Part shown: positions 47,727 through 58,414 of the stretch, piece by piece
Numbering within the stretch: the first letter of the stretch is position 1
Layout: every line of letters begins with the position of its first letter
From: Myxococcota bacterium
Lineage (GTDB): Bacteria > Myxococcota_A > UBA796 > GCA-2862545
Direction: 5' to 3'
Assembly (NCBI GenBank): GCA_039208735.1
Contig: JBCCQY010000001.1
Location: 1-64,000 of the forward strand
DNA: 64,000 nt
Position numbers and translations under genes: made by a program
The notes under the pieces: generated by a model
Databases searched by the model: none
Told to the model about the DNA's origin: nothing
Seen by the model: only the letters and a program-made list of their open reading frames with translations

Positions 47727-48724
47727 CTACGAGGCGACGAACTCGTCCAGCGAGCCCTCAAACGAGGGGAAGCGCTCAATGAGGCCGCCCAGCAATGTCT
47801 CGTCCGCCCCGTCGAGCTGGCGTTCGGCCTTGGCGGGGAGCGGGCCGAAGCGGGCCGTCAATAAAACGCGGACCGTTCGCCGAAGCGCTTCGAGACGGCC
47901 CTCCTGACGGCCTTCCTGACGGCCTTCCGAAAGCGCCTCTTGTCGGATTTGCTGTTCCCAGGTCACGATGTCTCTCTCGAATTCGGGTAGAAGCTGAATA
48001 ACACGCTGTCGTTCCTCCGCCGAGGGCGGTGCGGCCGCGCGAAAGAGGTAGTGCAAGACTGCCTGAATGCGGTCGTCGCCCCGGGGCATGGCGCGAACCT
48101 GGCGCAAGCGCGCCGCCCACCCGAGGAACTGTGTCCACGGGTGAGGGCCGCTGACGTGCTTCAGCGCCAGCAGTCCGAGCTGGAGGTGCCAGTTGGCCGC
48201 CTGCGCTTGGATCGCGTCGTCCGGGATTTGAGACAGGTCGAGGAGCACGAACGCGCCCGTGAGCTGGTTCGGCGCCAGGTTCCAGGACGCTGGCGCCCGC
48301 GCGAGTGCCTCGATGGCGGTCGGAGCGCGCCAGGGCGACGTGCCGTTGTACAGACGATGGGCAAGATGGGAGGAAGCGCTGTCAGCATGGCCTTGCCCAC
48401 CTGGTCGATGTACGCCTGCCAGATCCGCGTTTGGTACTGGACCATGCGGAAGGCCATGAGTGGGTCGGCCGCCCGCTGGTGTTCGAGCAGGACGTGGATG
48501 AGAAGCGGTTCCCCACGACGGGTCTGGATCTCGAAGATGACATCGCTACGCCGCGCCCGCCCAGTGACATCCGCGGTGTCAGTGGGGCCCTGTCGCAGGG
48601 TGGCCCAGTCGAGCTCGGCCGCGAGTGTTGGGGAGACCAACCACTGCAGCTGGGCGACCGCAACGTCGTGGTGAGCGAACAGCCGGCGGACGAAGCCGTC
48701 GTGTCTCGGAGATTTCTTGGTCAT
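47727..48724 (-). pseudogene. rpn: Rpn/YhgA-like recombination-promoting nuclease (PD-(D/E)XK) with a DUF4351-like C-terminus, frameshifted
   Basis: HDGFVRRLF, LDWATL, RSDVIF, LLEHQ..DPLMAFRMVQY, LPPILPIV. The expected (L)YNGTSPW continues in another frame (one base missing at about 48352-48353), then LLDLSQI...EGRQEGRQEGR...RFGPLP. Confidence 0.85.
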
Positions 48725-48870
48725 GCGTCGTACGACTCCGCAAGCAAGGAGGTGGGGCTCGGATTCCCCAGGGGAGGCAGCCGCGCTTCACAAGGGTTTC
48801 GTTCAGCTCGCCTGTGACCGCATCGTCCGTGACCTGGCGCCCCCGGTTGCGTGGTTGTTCCCGCTGGGCC

Positions 48871-48884
48871 TACAAACGGATACG
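48871..48884 (+). promoter_or_regulatory. Candidate RstA-box-like direct repeat upstream of the RND operon
   Basis: TACA-AACGGA-TACG, about 70 bp before the TolC-family start. Confidence 0.4.
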
Positions 48885-48955
48885 AGTCCGCTAAGCGTTC
48901 GCCACGGTTCGTGTGGCAGGAACCCCCTACGTGATCTCCAAGAACGGAGGTCACC

Positions 48956-50341
48956 ATGCAACGCTTTCTCGCGCTTCTTGCGCTGTCCTGGCCCGGGCTG
49001 GCGTTTGCAGCGCCCTTGCCTGAAGAAGCAGCTCACCTCGTTCCCGAGGCTTGGAGTTCGCCCACGGTGGACGCGGGACCGGCGTGGTGGGCCACGCTGG
49101 GCGGTTCGGAACTGTCGAGCCTGCTGGATTCTGCTCTGGCGGACAACGTCGATGCACAATCGGCGAACCTTCGTGTCGATCGAGCGGACGCCTTGAACCG
49201 GCAGGCGGGCTCGGCCCTTCAGCCCAGCCTCGCGATCAATGGATCGGGCACGCTGTTGCCCAACGTCAATGCGCTGGTGTTTGACCCCGATCCCAACGCG
49301 GCCCAAAGCGACACCTACAACCGCGGTGAGGTCTCGGCCGACCTCACCGTGCCCCTCACCGTCTGGAAGGGAATCCCGACCGCCCAAGCCGCCAGGTCGG
49401 ATGCAGACAGTGCCCGCGCAGGCGCCGATGATACCCGAGCCACCGTCGCGGTCCAGACGGGCCGGCTTTGGCTCGACCTTGTGTATGCCCGAGAACGGTT
49501 GCAGGTCGTCGAGCAACAGATCGCAGTCGATACCGAACTGGCCACGCTCGTGGAGGCCCGGTACCGGGCGGGGGCGGCCTCGGGCACCGAGGTCTTGCAG
49601 CAGCGTCAGCAGCTGGCATCCAGCCGCAGCAACCTTCCGGATGCGCAGGCGACCATCGTTCGGGCCGAGCGAGCGTTGAACGTTCACTTGCGACGACCCA
49701 CGGGCACGCCGGTGGCCGTCGATCGCGCCACCCTTCCGGACGCTCCCGCACGGTTGGCGATGCCGTCCCCTTCCGTGTTGGTGGAGATTGATCCAACCGT
49801 TCGGACCGCCCTTGCCGATCTGCAAGCTGCGAAACGACGGACGACCGCAGCGCGTACGGAGTTCCTTCCCGACCTCAATGCCTCGGCCTCGGCCGGCTAC
49901 ACCTACAACGACCTTCAGAGCGAGCCCATCGCCGAGAGTTGGTCGGTCGGCGTGCAGCTTTCGGTGCCGCTCTACAGTGGTGGCCGGACGAGGGGCGCCC
50001 TGGCCGAGGCTCGTGCGACAGAGGACACCGAGTCGTTCGAGGTGCAAAACGCGGTCCTCGACCTGGTGCGAGAGGTGGAGGACGCCCTGACCACCTACGC
50101 CCAGCGCGTGGCCGAGGTTGACGCCGACGCGTGGGCCTTGGAAGCAGCGCAGGCCGCGCTCACCGCTGCAAGGGCCGACTATGAAGCCGGCCAGACGTCC
50201 TACAACACAGTTCTAAACTCGCTCAATAGCCAAAAGCAGGCGGAGCTGACGCTCCTGGTCACCCGCCGCACGCAACTCGACGCCTACCTCGACGTCGCGG
50301 CCGCAGCCGCGGGCGCCTGGGTCGACGGATTGGAGGCATGA
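48956..50341 (+). CDS. TolC-family outer-membrane efflux factor
   Basis: WWATLG..LSSLLDSALADN; FLPDLNASAS; LSVPLYSGG; first gene of the efflux operon. Confidence 0.9.
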   Translation: MQRFLALLALSWPGLAFAAPLPEEAAHLVPEAWSSPTVDAGPAWWATLGGSELSSLLDSALADNVDAQSANLRVDRADALNRQAGSALQPSLAINGSGTLLPNVNALVFDPDPNAAQSDTYNRGEVSADLTVPLTVWKGIPTAQAARSDADSARAGADDTRATVAVQTGRLWLDLVYARERLQVVEQQIAVDTELATLVEARYRAGAASGTEVLQQRQQLASSRSNLPDAQATIVRAERALNVHLRRPTGTPVAVDRATLPDAPARLAMPSPSVLVEIDPTVRTALADLQAAKRRTTAARTEFLPDLNASASAGYTYNDLQSEPIAESWSVGVQLSVPLYSGGRTRGALAEARATEDTESFEVQNAVLDLVREVEDALTTYAQRVAEVDADAWALEAAQAALTAARADYEAGQTSYNTVLNSLNSQKQAELTLLVTRRTQLDAYLDVAAAAAGAWVDGLEA

Positions 50342-51468
50342 TGACCCGCATGACATGGACCTTCCCGGTGATCCTCGCCGCCCTTGGCGTCGTGGGCGGG
50401 GCCATCCTGGTGGCCACGGGAAGTAGCGAACCCGCCCGTGCGGCGGTAGAGGCCCCCCCCTTGACTGTGACGGCATTGGCGGTCGAGGCCGGCGATGTAC
50501 CGGTTTCAGTCAACGGAACCGGCGTGGTGAAGCCCGCGCAAGAGGTCCAGCTCGCGTCGCGCGTCTCGGGTCCGGTCATTTGGACGGCATCCGACCTTCG
50601 CCCCGGCCGGACGGTGACCACGGGAGAGACGCTGGCCCGGATCGACCCCACCGCGTTTGAAGCGAGTGTCGCAGAGGCCCGCTCGAGCGTGTTGTCGGCC
50701 GAGGAAGCGTTGGCGCTTGAGGCCGGGAAGGGCCGCGTCGCTTCTCTTGAGCAGGAGCTGGTGGGCGGTGAAGTGTCGAACCTCGCCCTGCGAACTCCCC
50801 AGAAAGCGAGTGCGGAAGCCAAGCTTGCATCTGCCCAAGCGTCATTGGCGAAGGCCGAGCGAGACCTGGCCGACACCCGCATTCGCGCGCCCTTCGACGG
50901 GTTGTTGGTCGAGGAGTCCATCGAGCGGGGCAGCTACCTGGCCACCGGGGGTTCCGTGGGCCGCATCGTCGGCTCGGAACGCATGTGGGTGGAGTTGCCG
51001 CTTGCGGTCGCCAGGGCCGATCAGCTCCAGATTCCTGGCTACAACGGGGAAGAATCGAGCCTTGCCGAACTCCGGCTCGTCGGGACCGGGGGCACACGAG
51101 AGGGCTACGTGGCGGGCATCGGTGGAGAGATCGATGCCACGACGCGGTCGGTAACGGTGTTGGTGGCCGTGGAAGCTCCGTTTGACCCTACCCTTGGGCC
51201 GGTCCTGTTGCCGGGGAGCTTCGTGGACGTGACCCTCGCGGGTCGTGCCCTTCCGGATGCCGTCTCGCTTCCCGCGGACACGCTGCGCGACGCCAGCTCG
51301 GTGTGGACGGTGTCGCGTGAAGGGGTCCTGGCTCGGCGCAGCATCGAGGTGTGGTGGCGTGATGGTGATCGGGTCGTCGTAGGCGGCTTGCCGGCCGAAA
51401 CCCGCGTGGTGGTCGAGGCCTCGGGTCCCTTGCTCGAAGGGGCCGTGGCCCAGGTGGAGGTGCTCTGA
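50338..51468 (+). CDS. RND efflux periplasmic adaptor (membrane fusion protein)
   Basis: LASRVSGPV, GETLARID, TRIRAPFDG, IDATTRSV, LLPGSFV. Confidence 0.92.
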   Translation: MMTRMTWTFPVILAALGVVGGAILVATGSSEPARAAVEAPPLTVTALAVEAGDVPVSVNGTGVVKPAQEVQLASRVSGPVIWTASDLRPGRTVTTGETLARIDPTAFEASVAEARSSVLSAEEALALEAGKGRVASLEQELVGGEVSNLALRTPQKASAEAKLASAQASLAKAERDLADTRIRAPFDGLLVEESIERGSYLATGGSVGRIVGSERMWVELPLAVARADQLQIPGYNGEESSLAELRLVGTGGTREGYVAGIGGEIDATTRSVTVLVAVEAPFDPTLGPVLLPGSFVDVTLAGRALPDAVSLPADTLRDASSVWTVSREGVLARRSIEVWWRDGDRVVVGGLPAETRVVVEASGPLLEGAVAQVEVL

Positions 51469-54400
51469 TGAACGGTCTCCTCTCTTGGATGGCGAACAAC
51501 CGAGTTGCCGCCAATCTCTTGATGATCCTGTTGTTGCTGGGCGGCTTCTTGTCAGCCCAGAACACCCAGCAGGAAGTGTTTCCCGAGTTCGCGCTCGATG
51601 CGGTCACCGTTAGCGTGGCCTACCCAGGAGCGAGCCCGGAAGAGGTCGAACAGGGGGTTCTGCTTGCGGTCGAAGATGCGGTGAGTGGAATCGAAGGTGT
51701 GGACGAAGTGGTGTCGATGGCCGAGGAGGGTAGCGGCACGGTGGTGGTGTGGCTGCTGACCAGTGCGGACCGCGAAACGGCGTTGCGCGACATCGAAAAG
51801 GCTGTCGACCGGGTCACGACCCTCCCCGACGATGCGGAAGAACCACTGATTACGGAGCTGTCTCGTCGCTCTCGCGTGATTACGGTTGCGGTGTCGGGGA
51901 GCCAGCAGCTCGACGATTTGTTGGTGGTTGCGGATCGACTCAAGGATGACCTCGTCGTGCATCCCGACATCTCGCTGGTCGAGGTCTCGGGCGCCCCCGA
52001 CCGCGAGGTCGCCGTCGAGATCGATTTGGCCACGTTGCAGGCCTTCGGGCTCACCCTCGACGACGTGTCCCGTCAGATCGCCCAATTCTCGCTCGAACGC
52101 CCCGCCGGCTCGGTCGAAACCGCGGGCGGTGACCTGCGGGTGCGGGTGAGTGACCGGAGCCTCGACGAGTCCGACTTTGCGAACATCCCGGTGCGAACCT
52201 CGACCGGTGGTGGAACGGTGCGGTTGGGTGACATCGCGACCATCACGTCAGGATTTGCCGATGACGACGCAGGAACGTGGTTCGACGGCGAGCGCTCGTT
52301 GCGCGTGGATGCCTACCGCATCGGGGATGAACGACCCGCCGAAGTCGCGGCGGCCACCCGGGATGCTGTCGCGGCGATGCAGTCCGACCTGCCTGACACG
52401 GTCTCCCTGACCGTTCTTTCGGACGATAGCGAGGCGCTGACCGGTCGACTGTCGTTGTTGCTTCGCAATGCTCTGCAGGGCTTGGTGCTGGTCTTCGCCG
52501 CGTTGGCGTTGTTCCTCGATCTGCGTACCGCGGGTTGGGTCGCGGCCGGCATTCCCATTGCGTTTTTGGGTGCCTTCCTCGTGCTTCCCCTGTTCGGGGT
52601 TTCCGTCAACATGATCAGCTTGTTTGCCCTGCTGGTGGTGCTCGGGCTCGTGGTCGACGATGCGATTGTGGTCGGAGAGCAGATCTTCTACGAACAGGAA
52701 CAGCTCGAGGAGGGGGCCGATGAAGCCGCGCTGACCCAGGCGAGCGTGCGCGGCACCTGGCGCATGGTCGGGCCGGTGGTCGTGGCGGTGCTCACCACCA
52801 TCTTTGCGTTTGCACCCATGCTGGGCGTGCCCGGCGTGTTTGGCAAGATCTTCTGGGTGTTCCCCGTCGTGATTGCCGCGGTGCTCGCCTTTAGCCTCAT
52901 CGAAGCGTTCCTGATTCTTCCGGCCCATTTGTCGCACCGTGAGCCCTGGACGCTCCAGAAGTGGGTGGACCCCGTTCGGGAGCGCTTTTCGTCGGGTCTG
53001 AAGCGATTCGTGAAACAGGTGTATGAGCCAGGCATGAGGCGACTGCTGGACTGGCGAGGCTCGCTCGCCGGAGCCGCGTTGGGTCTGCTTGCCTTGTCTG
53101 GCGGAGTGGTTGCGGGCGGCTGGGTCCCGGTGAAGTTCTTCCCGGACATTCCCGGCAGCCAGATCACGGCAACCGCTTCGTTGCCGGCGGGGTCGCCGGA
53201 CGTCACGGTCGATGCGGCACGCAAGGCGGTGGAAGCGGCTGCCCGCACGGCCCTGGCCGAAACCGGGGTCGAGCCTGCGGTGCAGGGCATCGTGTCCAAG
53301 CGGACGGTCGGTGACAACGGGGGGGATGAGATCGTCGTTGAAATCAACGTCGACGAAGACGCCCTCACCGCCACCACCGAAGACATCGAGGCCGCCTGGA
53401 GTGCGGCACTGCCTCCGATCGACGGCTTGCAGTCCGTGGTGTTCGACGCGGCCGCCGGGCCGTCTGCCGGGTCGCCCATCGACGTGACGCTGCGCCATGC
53501 GGATGTGGCCGTGCTCACCGCGGCGAGCGAGTCGCTGATGCAGTCGTTGGGCGAGTTTGCCGACCTCACCGATGTGTCGAGCAGCCTGGCTTCGAGCACT
53601 CCCCAGCTCGATGTGCGCGTGAACGCCTTGGGAACGTCGCTGGGCTTGTCGTCCGATGCCCTGGCGTCGCAAGTGCGTGCCGCCTACCAAGGGTCTGAGG
53701 CACTCAAAGAGCAGGATGGTCGTAGGGAACGAACCGTCCGCGTTCGCTTGCCCTTCGAAGAGCGTACCCAAGAGTCGATTCTCGAGCGGTTACCCGTGCG
53801 GGTGGGGTCCGACGACTACGTGGCGCTCGCCGATGTTGCGGAGCTGTCGCGGAGCCGGTCTCCGGCTCGCATCGACCGCGAGGATGGCGCCCGGCTCGTG
53901 CACGTGACCGCGGGACTGGCGCCGGGGGTTGCCTCGTCCAGCGAGGTGGTGAGGGTCCTGGAACGTGACATCTTGCCTGCGCTCGAGGCCCAGCATCCGG
54001 GGATGGTCACTGGAATGGGGGGGCAGCAGGAAGAGATGTCGGAGTCGCTCAATGCCCTGATTCCATTAGGGGGACTGGCCCTGGTCGCCATTTTCGCCCT
54101 GCTCGCTTCGACCTTCCGTAGCTACATCCAGCCGGTGGTGGTGATGAGCGCGATTCCCTTCGGCATCGTGGGGGCCGTCGCCGGTCACGCCTTGCTGGGA
54201 CTGGAGATGTCGATCATCTCGTTGTTTGGGGTCATCGCGTTGGCCGGGGTGGTCGTCAATGACAGCCTCGTGCTGGTGGATGCAGCCAATGAACGTCGAG
54301 CAGAAGGTGCCTCACCCCTGGATGCCATCGTGAGTGCAGGTGCCCGACGGATGCGCCCCATCCTGCTCACCTCGATCACGACCTTTCTTGGCTTGGCTCC

Positions 54401-54593
54401 AATGTTGCTCGAAACCAGTGTTCAGGCCCAGTTCCTGATTCCGATGGCGGCCAGTCTCGGCTTCGGCATCCTGTTTGCCACGGTGGTGGTGCTGGTGCTC
54501 GTGCCCGCCTTCTACCTGCTCGTGGAAGACGCGGTAGCCTGGGCCACAGGGGTGACTCCGGAGCCCGTCCTCGCCACGGCGAACGCGGGCTAA
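51468..54593 (+). CDS. AcrB/AcrD/AcrF-family RND permease
   Basis: VAANLLM, YPGASPEEVE, LGLVVDDAIVVGE, GVVVNDSLVLV, RMRPILLTSITT. Confidence 0.95.
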   Translation: MNGLLSWMANNRVAANLLMILLLLGGFLSAQNTQQEVFPEFALDAVTVSVAYPGASPEEVEQGVLLAVEDAVSGIEGVDEVVSMAEEGSGTVVVWLLTSADRETALRDIEKAVDRVTTLPDDAEEPLITELSRRSRVITVAVSGSQQLDDLLVVADRLKDDLVVHPDISLVEVSGAPDREVAVEIDLATLQAFGLTLDDVSRQIAQFSLERPAGSVETAGGDLRVRVSDRSLDESDFANIPVRTSTGGGTVRLGDIATITSGFADDDAGTWFDGERSLRVDAYRIGDERPAEVAAATRDAVAAMQSDLPDTVSLTVLSDDSEALTGRLSLLLRNALQGLVLVFAALALFLDLRTAGWVAAGIPIAFLGAFLVLPLFGVSVNMISLFALLVVLGLVVDDAIVVGEQIFYEQEQLEEGADEAALTQASVRGTWRMVGPVVVAVLTTIFAFAPMLGVPGVFGKIFWVFPVVIAAVLAFSLIEAFLILPAHLSHREPWTLQKWVDPVRERFSSGLKRFVKQVYEPGMRRLLDWRGSLAGAALGLLALSGGVVAGGWVPVKFFPDIPGSQITATASLPAGSPDVTVDAARKAVEAAARTALAETGVEPAVQGIVSKRTVGDNGGDEIVVEINVDEDALTATTEDIEAAWSAALPPIDGLQSVVFDAAAGPSAGSPIDVTLRHADVAVLTAASESLMQSLGEFADLTDVSSSLASSTPQLDVRVNALGTSLGLSSDALASQVRAAYQGSEALKEQDGRRERTVRVRLPFEERTQESILERLPVRVGSDDYVALADVAELSRSRSPARIDREDGARLVHVTAGLAPGVASSSEVVRVLERDILPALEAQHPGMVTGMGGQQEEMSESLNALIPLGGLALVAIFALLASTFRSYIQPVVVMSAIPFGIVGAVAGHALLGLEMSIISLFGVIALAGVVVNDSLVLVDAANERRAEGASPLDAIVSAGARRMRPILLTSITTFLGLAPMLLETSVQAQFLIPMAASLGFGILFATVVVLVLVPAFYLLVEDAVAWATGVTPEPVLATANAG

Positions 54594-54613
54594 GGGTCGG
54601 GGTGGGAGGTCGT

Positions 54614-55303
54614 GTGGCAGAGGGCCGAATTCTCGTCGTGGAAGACGACGTCGAACTTGCGGAACTCGTGCAGGAGACGCTGCAACGTGATGGTTATGAG
54701 GTGGCGCTCCACCACCGTGGAGACACCGCGGTGGAGGCCATTCAACGCGTCGACCCCGACCTGTTGGTCCTCGACCTCATGCTCCCAGGCACTGACGGGT
54801 TTGACGTCCTGCGTCAACTCCGTCCGGCATGGACGCGCCCGGTGCTGATGCTGACCGCCCGCGGTGATGCCTTTGACCAGGTTTCGGGGCTCGAGCTAGG
54901 AGCCGACGACTATGTTGTGAAGCCGGTACTGCCGAGGCTTCTGCTGGCGCGCGTCAAAGCACTGCTGCGTCGCGCGGTCCCCGTCGTCGACGCAGAAGCC
55001 CCGCTCGAACTCGGTGGACTGCGCATCGTGCCCCGGGCTCGCGAGGTGCGGGTCGGGGACGAGCCGATTCGGCTCACCGATGCGGAGTACGACTTGATTT
55101 GGTTCCTCGCCCAGAATGCGGGGCGCGTGGTGAGTCGTGAAGAGCTGTTCCGGGAGTTGAGGGGCATCGAATACGACGGGCTCGATCGCTCGATGGACTT
55201 GCGGGTGTCGAAGCTGCGGTCCCACTTGCGCAAGGCGCTCGGCGTGGACGGGCCGATTCGAACGGTCCACGGTCGTGGCTACCTGTTTGCGGTCGACGCA
55301 TGA
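54614..55303 (+). CDS. OmpR-family response regulator (RstA-like)
   Basis: VVEDD, LDLMLPG, GADDYVVKP, YDGLDRSMDLRVSKLR, RTVHGRGY. Confidence 0.95.
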   Translation: MAEGRILVVEDDVELAELVQETLQRDGYEVALHHRGDTAVEAIQRVDPDLLVLDLMLPGTDGFDVLRQLRPAWTRPVLMLTARGDAFDQVSGLELGADDYVVKPVLPRLLLARVKALLRRAVPVVDAEAPLELGGLRIVPRAREVRVGDEPIRLTDAEYDLIWFLAQNAGRVVSREELFRELRGIEYDGLDRSMDLRVSKLRSHLRKALGVDGPIRTVHGRGYLFAVDA

Positions 55304-56757
55304 ACCAGCTTTTCATCCGTCTGTATGTGCTCGTGGTCACGGCGACACTGGCCGCGATGGCTGGTTCGTTCGTGTTCGTGGTGACTCGTGTGTTGCCCGA
55401 ACGCAATCAAGAACTCGCCGAACTCTTGGTGGCGGACCTTCAGGAACTCGCCGAGCGGGTCGAAGCGCAAGGTCCGGACGCGCTGACGAGCGCCAGGGCC
55501 GATGTGGGGCCCGCGCTGGCGCTGCTTCCTCTCGACGTGTTGGAGTGGTCGGAGGCCGACCGTGCGGCATTGCGGCGGGGTGAGGTGATCGTGCGCGGCG
55601 ACGAACTCAGTCGCTACGCCTATGTGCAGGTTCCCTCAACCAGCGAGGTGGTTGAATTCGAACTGTCTGGGATCGAGGGGCGCATCGTGCAGTGGGGCGC
55701 GCTGGCGATCGACCATTCGCCCGACCCCGACGACGTCTTCAAGGGTGAGCTGACGCCGCTGCAGGAAGCGCGCTTACGCTATCGGCCGATCGCCCTGCAA
55801 AACCGCTCCTACCTGCCTTCGGGGCTCGTGGTGTATGAGCGCGACGGACAGCGGTTTCAGATGATCATCGATGCGGATGGTCCACAGGATGTTCGCCTGC
55901 TGGGATTGGGCACGATGCTGCTGTTGCTCGCGTTGGCCGTCATCTTGCCGCTCCTGCCCCTCCACCGTCAGCTCAGCGCGCTCGGCGAGGCGGCCAAAGC
56001 GCTGGGAGAAGGCGATACGCGGGCACGGGTTCCCCTCATTGCTGGCGGTGGGCCTGTTCATCCGGTGGCCGAGCAGGTCAACCGGATGGCGCAAGAGATC
56101 GAGGATGCACTGGGTCGAAATCAGGAATTATTGCGTTCGGTCGCCCACGAAATGCGCACACCGCTATCGCGCTTGGTGTTGGCGCTCGACTTGCTGCAGG
56201 ACGACACACCCGAAGCCCGCGCGGCGCGCATCGCCAAGCTTCAGCAGACGGTCATCGAAATGCAAGGGCTGACCGATGAGCTGCTCGACTTCTCGAGACT
56301 GGGAGACCGGCCGGAAGTGGCCCGGAAAACCGTCAACCTTGTGGACGTGGCGCACGACGTCGCCGGGCGCTGGGCGGGAACGGTGGTGAACTCCGCTTCC
56401 GAACCGGTTCACGTCCTCGGCGAGCCCAAGCTCATCACGCGAGCCATCGAGAATGCGGTCAGCAACGCGGTGCGCTACGCCACGCCCCCCACCATTGGCT
56501 TTTCGCGCACCGCGCAAGGGTGGGCGGTGATGGTGGATGATGCCGGCCCGGGCATCGCCGAGGCGGATCGGCAGCGCATCTTCGAGCCTTTTGAACGCCT
56601 CGAAGCGAGCCGGAGTCGCGACACCGGAGGAACGGGGCTGGGATTAGCCATCGTACGCCGCATCCTGGTTGCGCATGGCGGCACAGCCTCGATTGAGGAT
56701 TCGCCTCAGGGCGGTGCGCGCGTGCGACTCGAATTCTCCACTGCGTTCACTTCCTGA
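55300..56757 (+). CDS. Sensor histidine kinase (RstB-like)
   Basis: AHEMRTPLSR; NAVSNAVRY; VDDAGPGI; FERLEASRSRDTGGTGLGLAIV. Confidence 0.93.
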   Translation: MNQLFIRLYVLVVTATLAAMAGSFVFVVTRVLPERNQELAELLVADLQELAERVEAQGPDALTSARADVGPALALLPLDVLEWSEADRAALRRGEVIVRGDELSRYAYVQVPSTSEVVEFELSGIEGRIVQWGALAIDHSPDPDDVFKGELTPLQEARLRYRPIALQNRSYLPSGLVVYERDGQRFQMIIDADGPQDVRLLGLGTMLLLLALAVILPLLPLHRQLSALGEAAKALGEGDTRARVPLIAGGGPVHPVAEQVNRMAQEIEDALGRNQELLRSVAHEMRTPLSRLVLALDLLQDDTPEARAARIAKLQQTVIEMQGLTDELLDFSRLGDRPEVARKTVNLVDVAHDVAGRWAGTVVNSASEPVHVLGEPKLITRAIENAVSNAVRYATPPTIGFSRTAQGWAVMVDDAGPGIAEADRQRIFEPFERLEASRSRDTGGTGLGLAIVRRILVAHGGTASIEDSPQGGARVRLEFSTAFTS

Positions 56758-56916
56758 AAGATGCTTCGCGCGAGGACGTGGCCACGCTCGAAGTCTGTCG
56801 CATCGTATTGGTTAGCAATAACCTACTCTTAAATGAGATTAATCGGCCTGGGGGTCGTCGGGTTCAAGCGGTAGTCGTCCTTCACCGGAGACGAAATCTC
56901 GGTGGAGGAACGAACC

Positions 56917-58371
56917 ATGCAGCGCTCCATGATTCCACAATGCCTAAGTGCGGTCGTCATTGCAGTGCTCGCTTCGGCGTGCACGGGTGCCCCCGATCGT
57001 GACGAGCAGAACAACGAAATCGATCCAGGTCAAGAAGTCCCTGAGGCGACGACCGACCCCACCGGAGACCCTGAACCCACTCCCGAGCCGAGTGCGGATT
57101 TGGCCTATGCCACAGTGAATCCGTGGGGCCCGGTGCTCGTCGATGGTGACGGGTACGTTTTGTATCTGTTCACGTCCGACTGGCCTTCGGGTTGGGGCCA
57201 GGAGGCGGTCAGCCGGTGTGTCGGGCCCTGCGTTGACCAGTGGCCACCGGTCATCTTCAACGAGCCCGTCCTTGGCGAAGGGTTGGACGCCGCCAACCTG
57301 GGCTGGTTCACCCGCGATGATGGCAGCCGGCAGGTGACCTGGATGGGCTGGCCTGTGTACCGGTTCGGCGGGGACACCGCCCCTGGCCAGGCCTCCGGAG
57401 ACGGCGACGCCCAGCAGTGGTTCGTGGTTCCGGAGACCGGCTACACCCACCTGCCCACCCGGAACGAGTCGTACACCTGGCTCGTAGGTATGGAGGGGCG
57501 CGCCTACTACTACCTGGCAGACGACGATATCGGCACACCCACGGAGGACCCCGTCTCCTGGTGTACCGACGCCTGCCTCGATACCTTCCCGCCCGCCACA
57601 GGGCCCGCGTACCTGCCTTCGGCACTCGACCCTTCAGACGTCTACACGTTCGAACGCCCTGATGGCATCGAGCAACTCGCATACCGCGGACGTCCGCTCT
57701 ACACCTACGTTGAAGATGTCTACCCGGGCGACACCAAGGCCGATGGACTGGCCGGCCGTTGGTTCAAGGTGGATCCCTACGCCCTCCCCCCGGTCATCGA
57801 GGACCTCAAGCTCGACTTCGATAACCTTGCGCCGGGCATCGATTTTGACGTGTTGACCGTCCCTACGAGTAGGGGCAACGTGGACGTCACGGCCACCCTG
57901 GTCGTGCCCAACGTTTCCGCCACGCCCAATCCGATTGCGCTGTTCGATGCAGAGTGTGGGGGCTCCGCAGCGGGGTGCACGGGTGACGACGAGGACCTTT
58001 TCGCGGCAGGGCAGGGCCAGATCCTGGTGGCCCAAGATCCCACCAACGACGTCGAGCCTGATGACGCGGCGTCGCCTGCCCAGTTCACCTTTGATCTGTC
58101 GGTTCTGGACTGCGACACCATTGAGGTCGTCGAGTTCGTAGCCATCGATTCCAAGGACACTTCGTTTTCGACCATCCCGGGCGCCATTGCGCGTGACACC
58201 TTCATCGACTCGGGCTTTCCGAATCTGGATCCCAACCTTCTGGGCCGGTTTGGCGGTGAGCCCATCCTCGTGGACCAGGGCGTCTTCCATCTGTACGTGT
58301 GGGATTCAGGCGCGATCGATGATCTGACCATTCGCTGTACGAGCGAAAGCACTTGGTGGGAAGACCGGTAA
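56917..58371 (+). CDS. Lipoprotein with Yx(FWY)xxD secreted repeats (COG4315-like) and an acidic C-terminal domain
   Basis: LASAC; LVDGDGYVLYLFTSD...CVGPCVDQWPP...RDDGSRQVTWMGWPVYRFGGD..PG...GDG..WF, repeated. Confidence 0.82.
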   Translation: MQRSMIPQCLSAVVIAVLASACTGAPDRDEQNNEIDPGQEVPEATTDPTGDPEPTPEPSADLAYATVNPWGPVLVDGDGYVLYLFTSDWPSGWGQEAVSRCVGPCVDQWPPVIFNEPVLGEGLDAANLGWFTRDDGSRQVTWMGWPVYRFGGDTAPGQASGDGDAQQWFVVPETGYTHLPTRNESYTWLVGMEGRAYYYLADDDIGTPTEDPVSWCTDACLDTFPPATGPAYLPSALDPSDVYTFERPDGIEQLAYRGRPLYTYVEDVYPGDTKADGLAGRWFKVDPYALPPVIEDLKLDFDNLAPGIDFDVLTVPTSRGNVDVTATLVVPNVSATPNPIALFDAECGGSAAGCTGDDEDLFAAGQGQILVAQDPTNDVEPDDAASPAQFTFDLSVLDCDTIEVVEFVAIDSKDTSFSTIPGAIARDTFIDSGFPNLDPNLLGRFGGEPILVDQGVFHLYVWDSGAIDDLTIRCTSESTWWEDR

Positions 58372-58414
58372 CGGAATCGTTGCTTTGGGTATGATGGCGG
58401 TCGCGGGAGGATCG

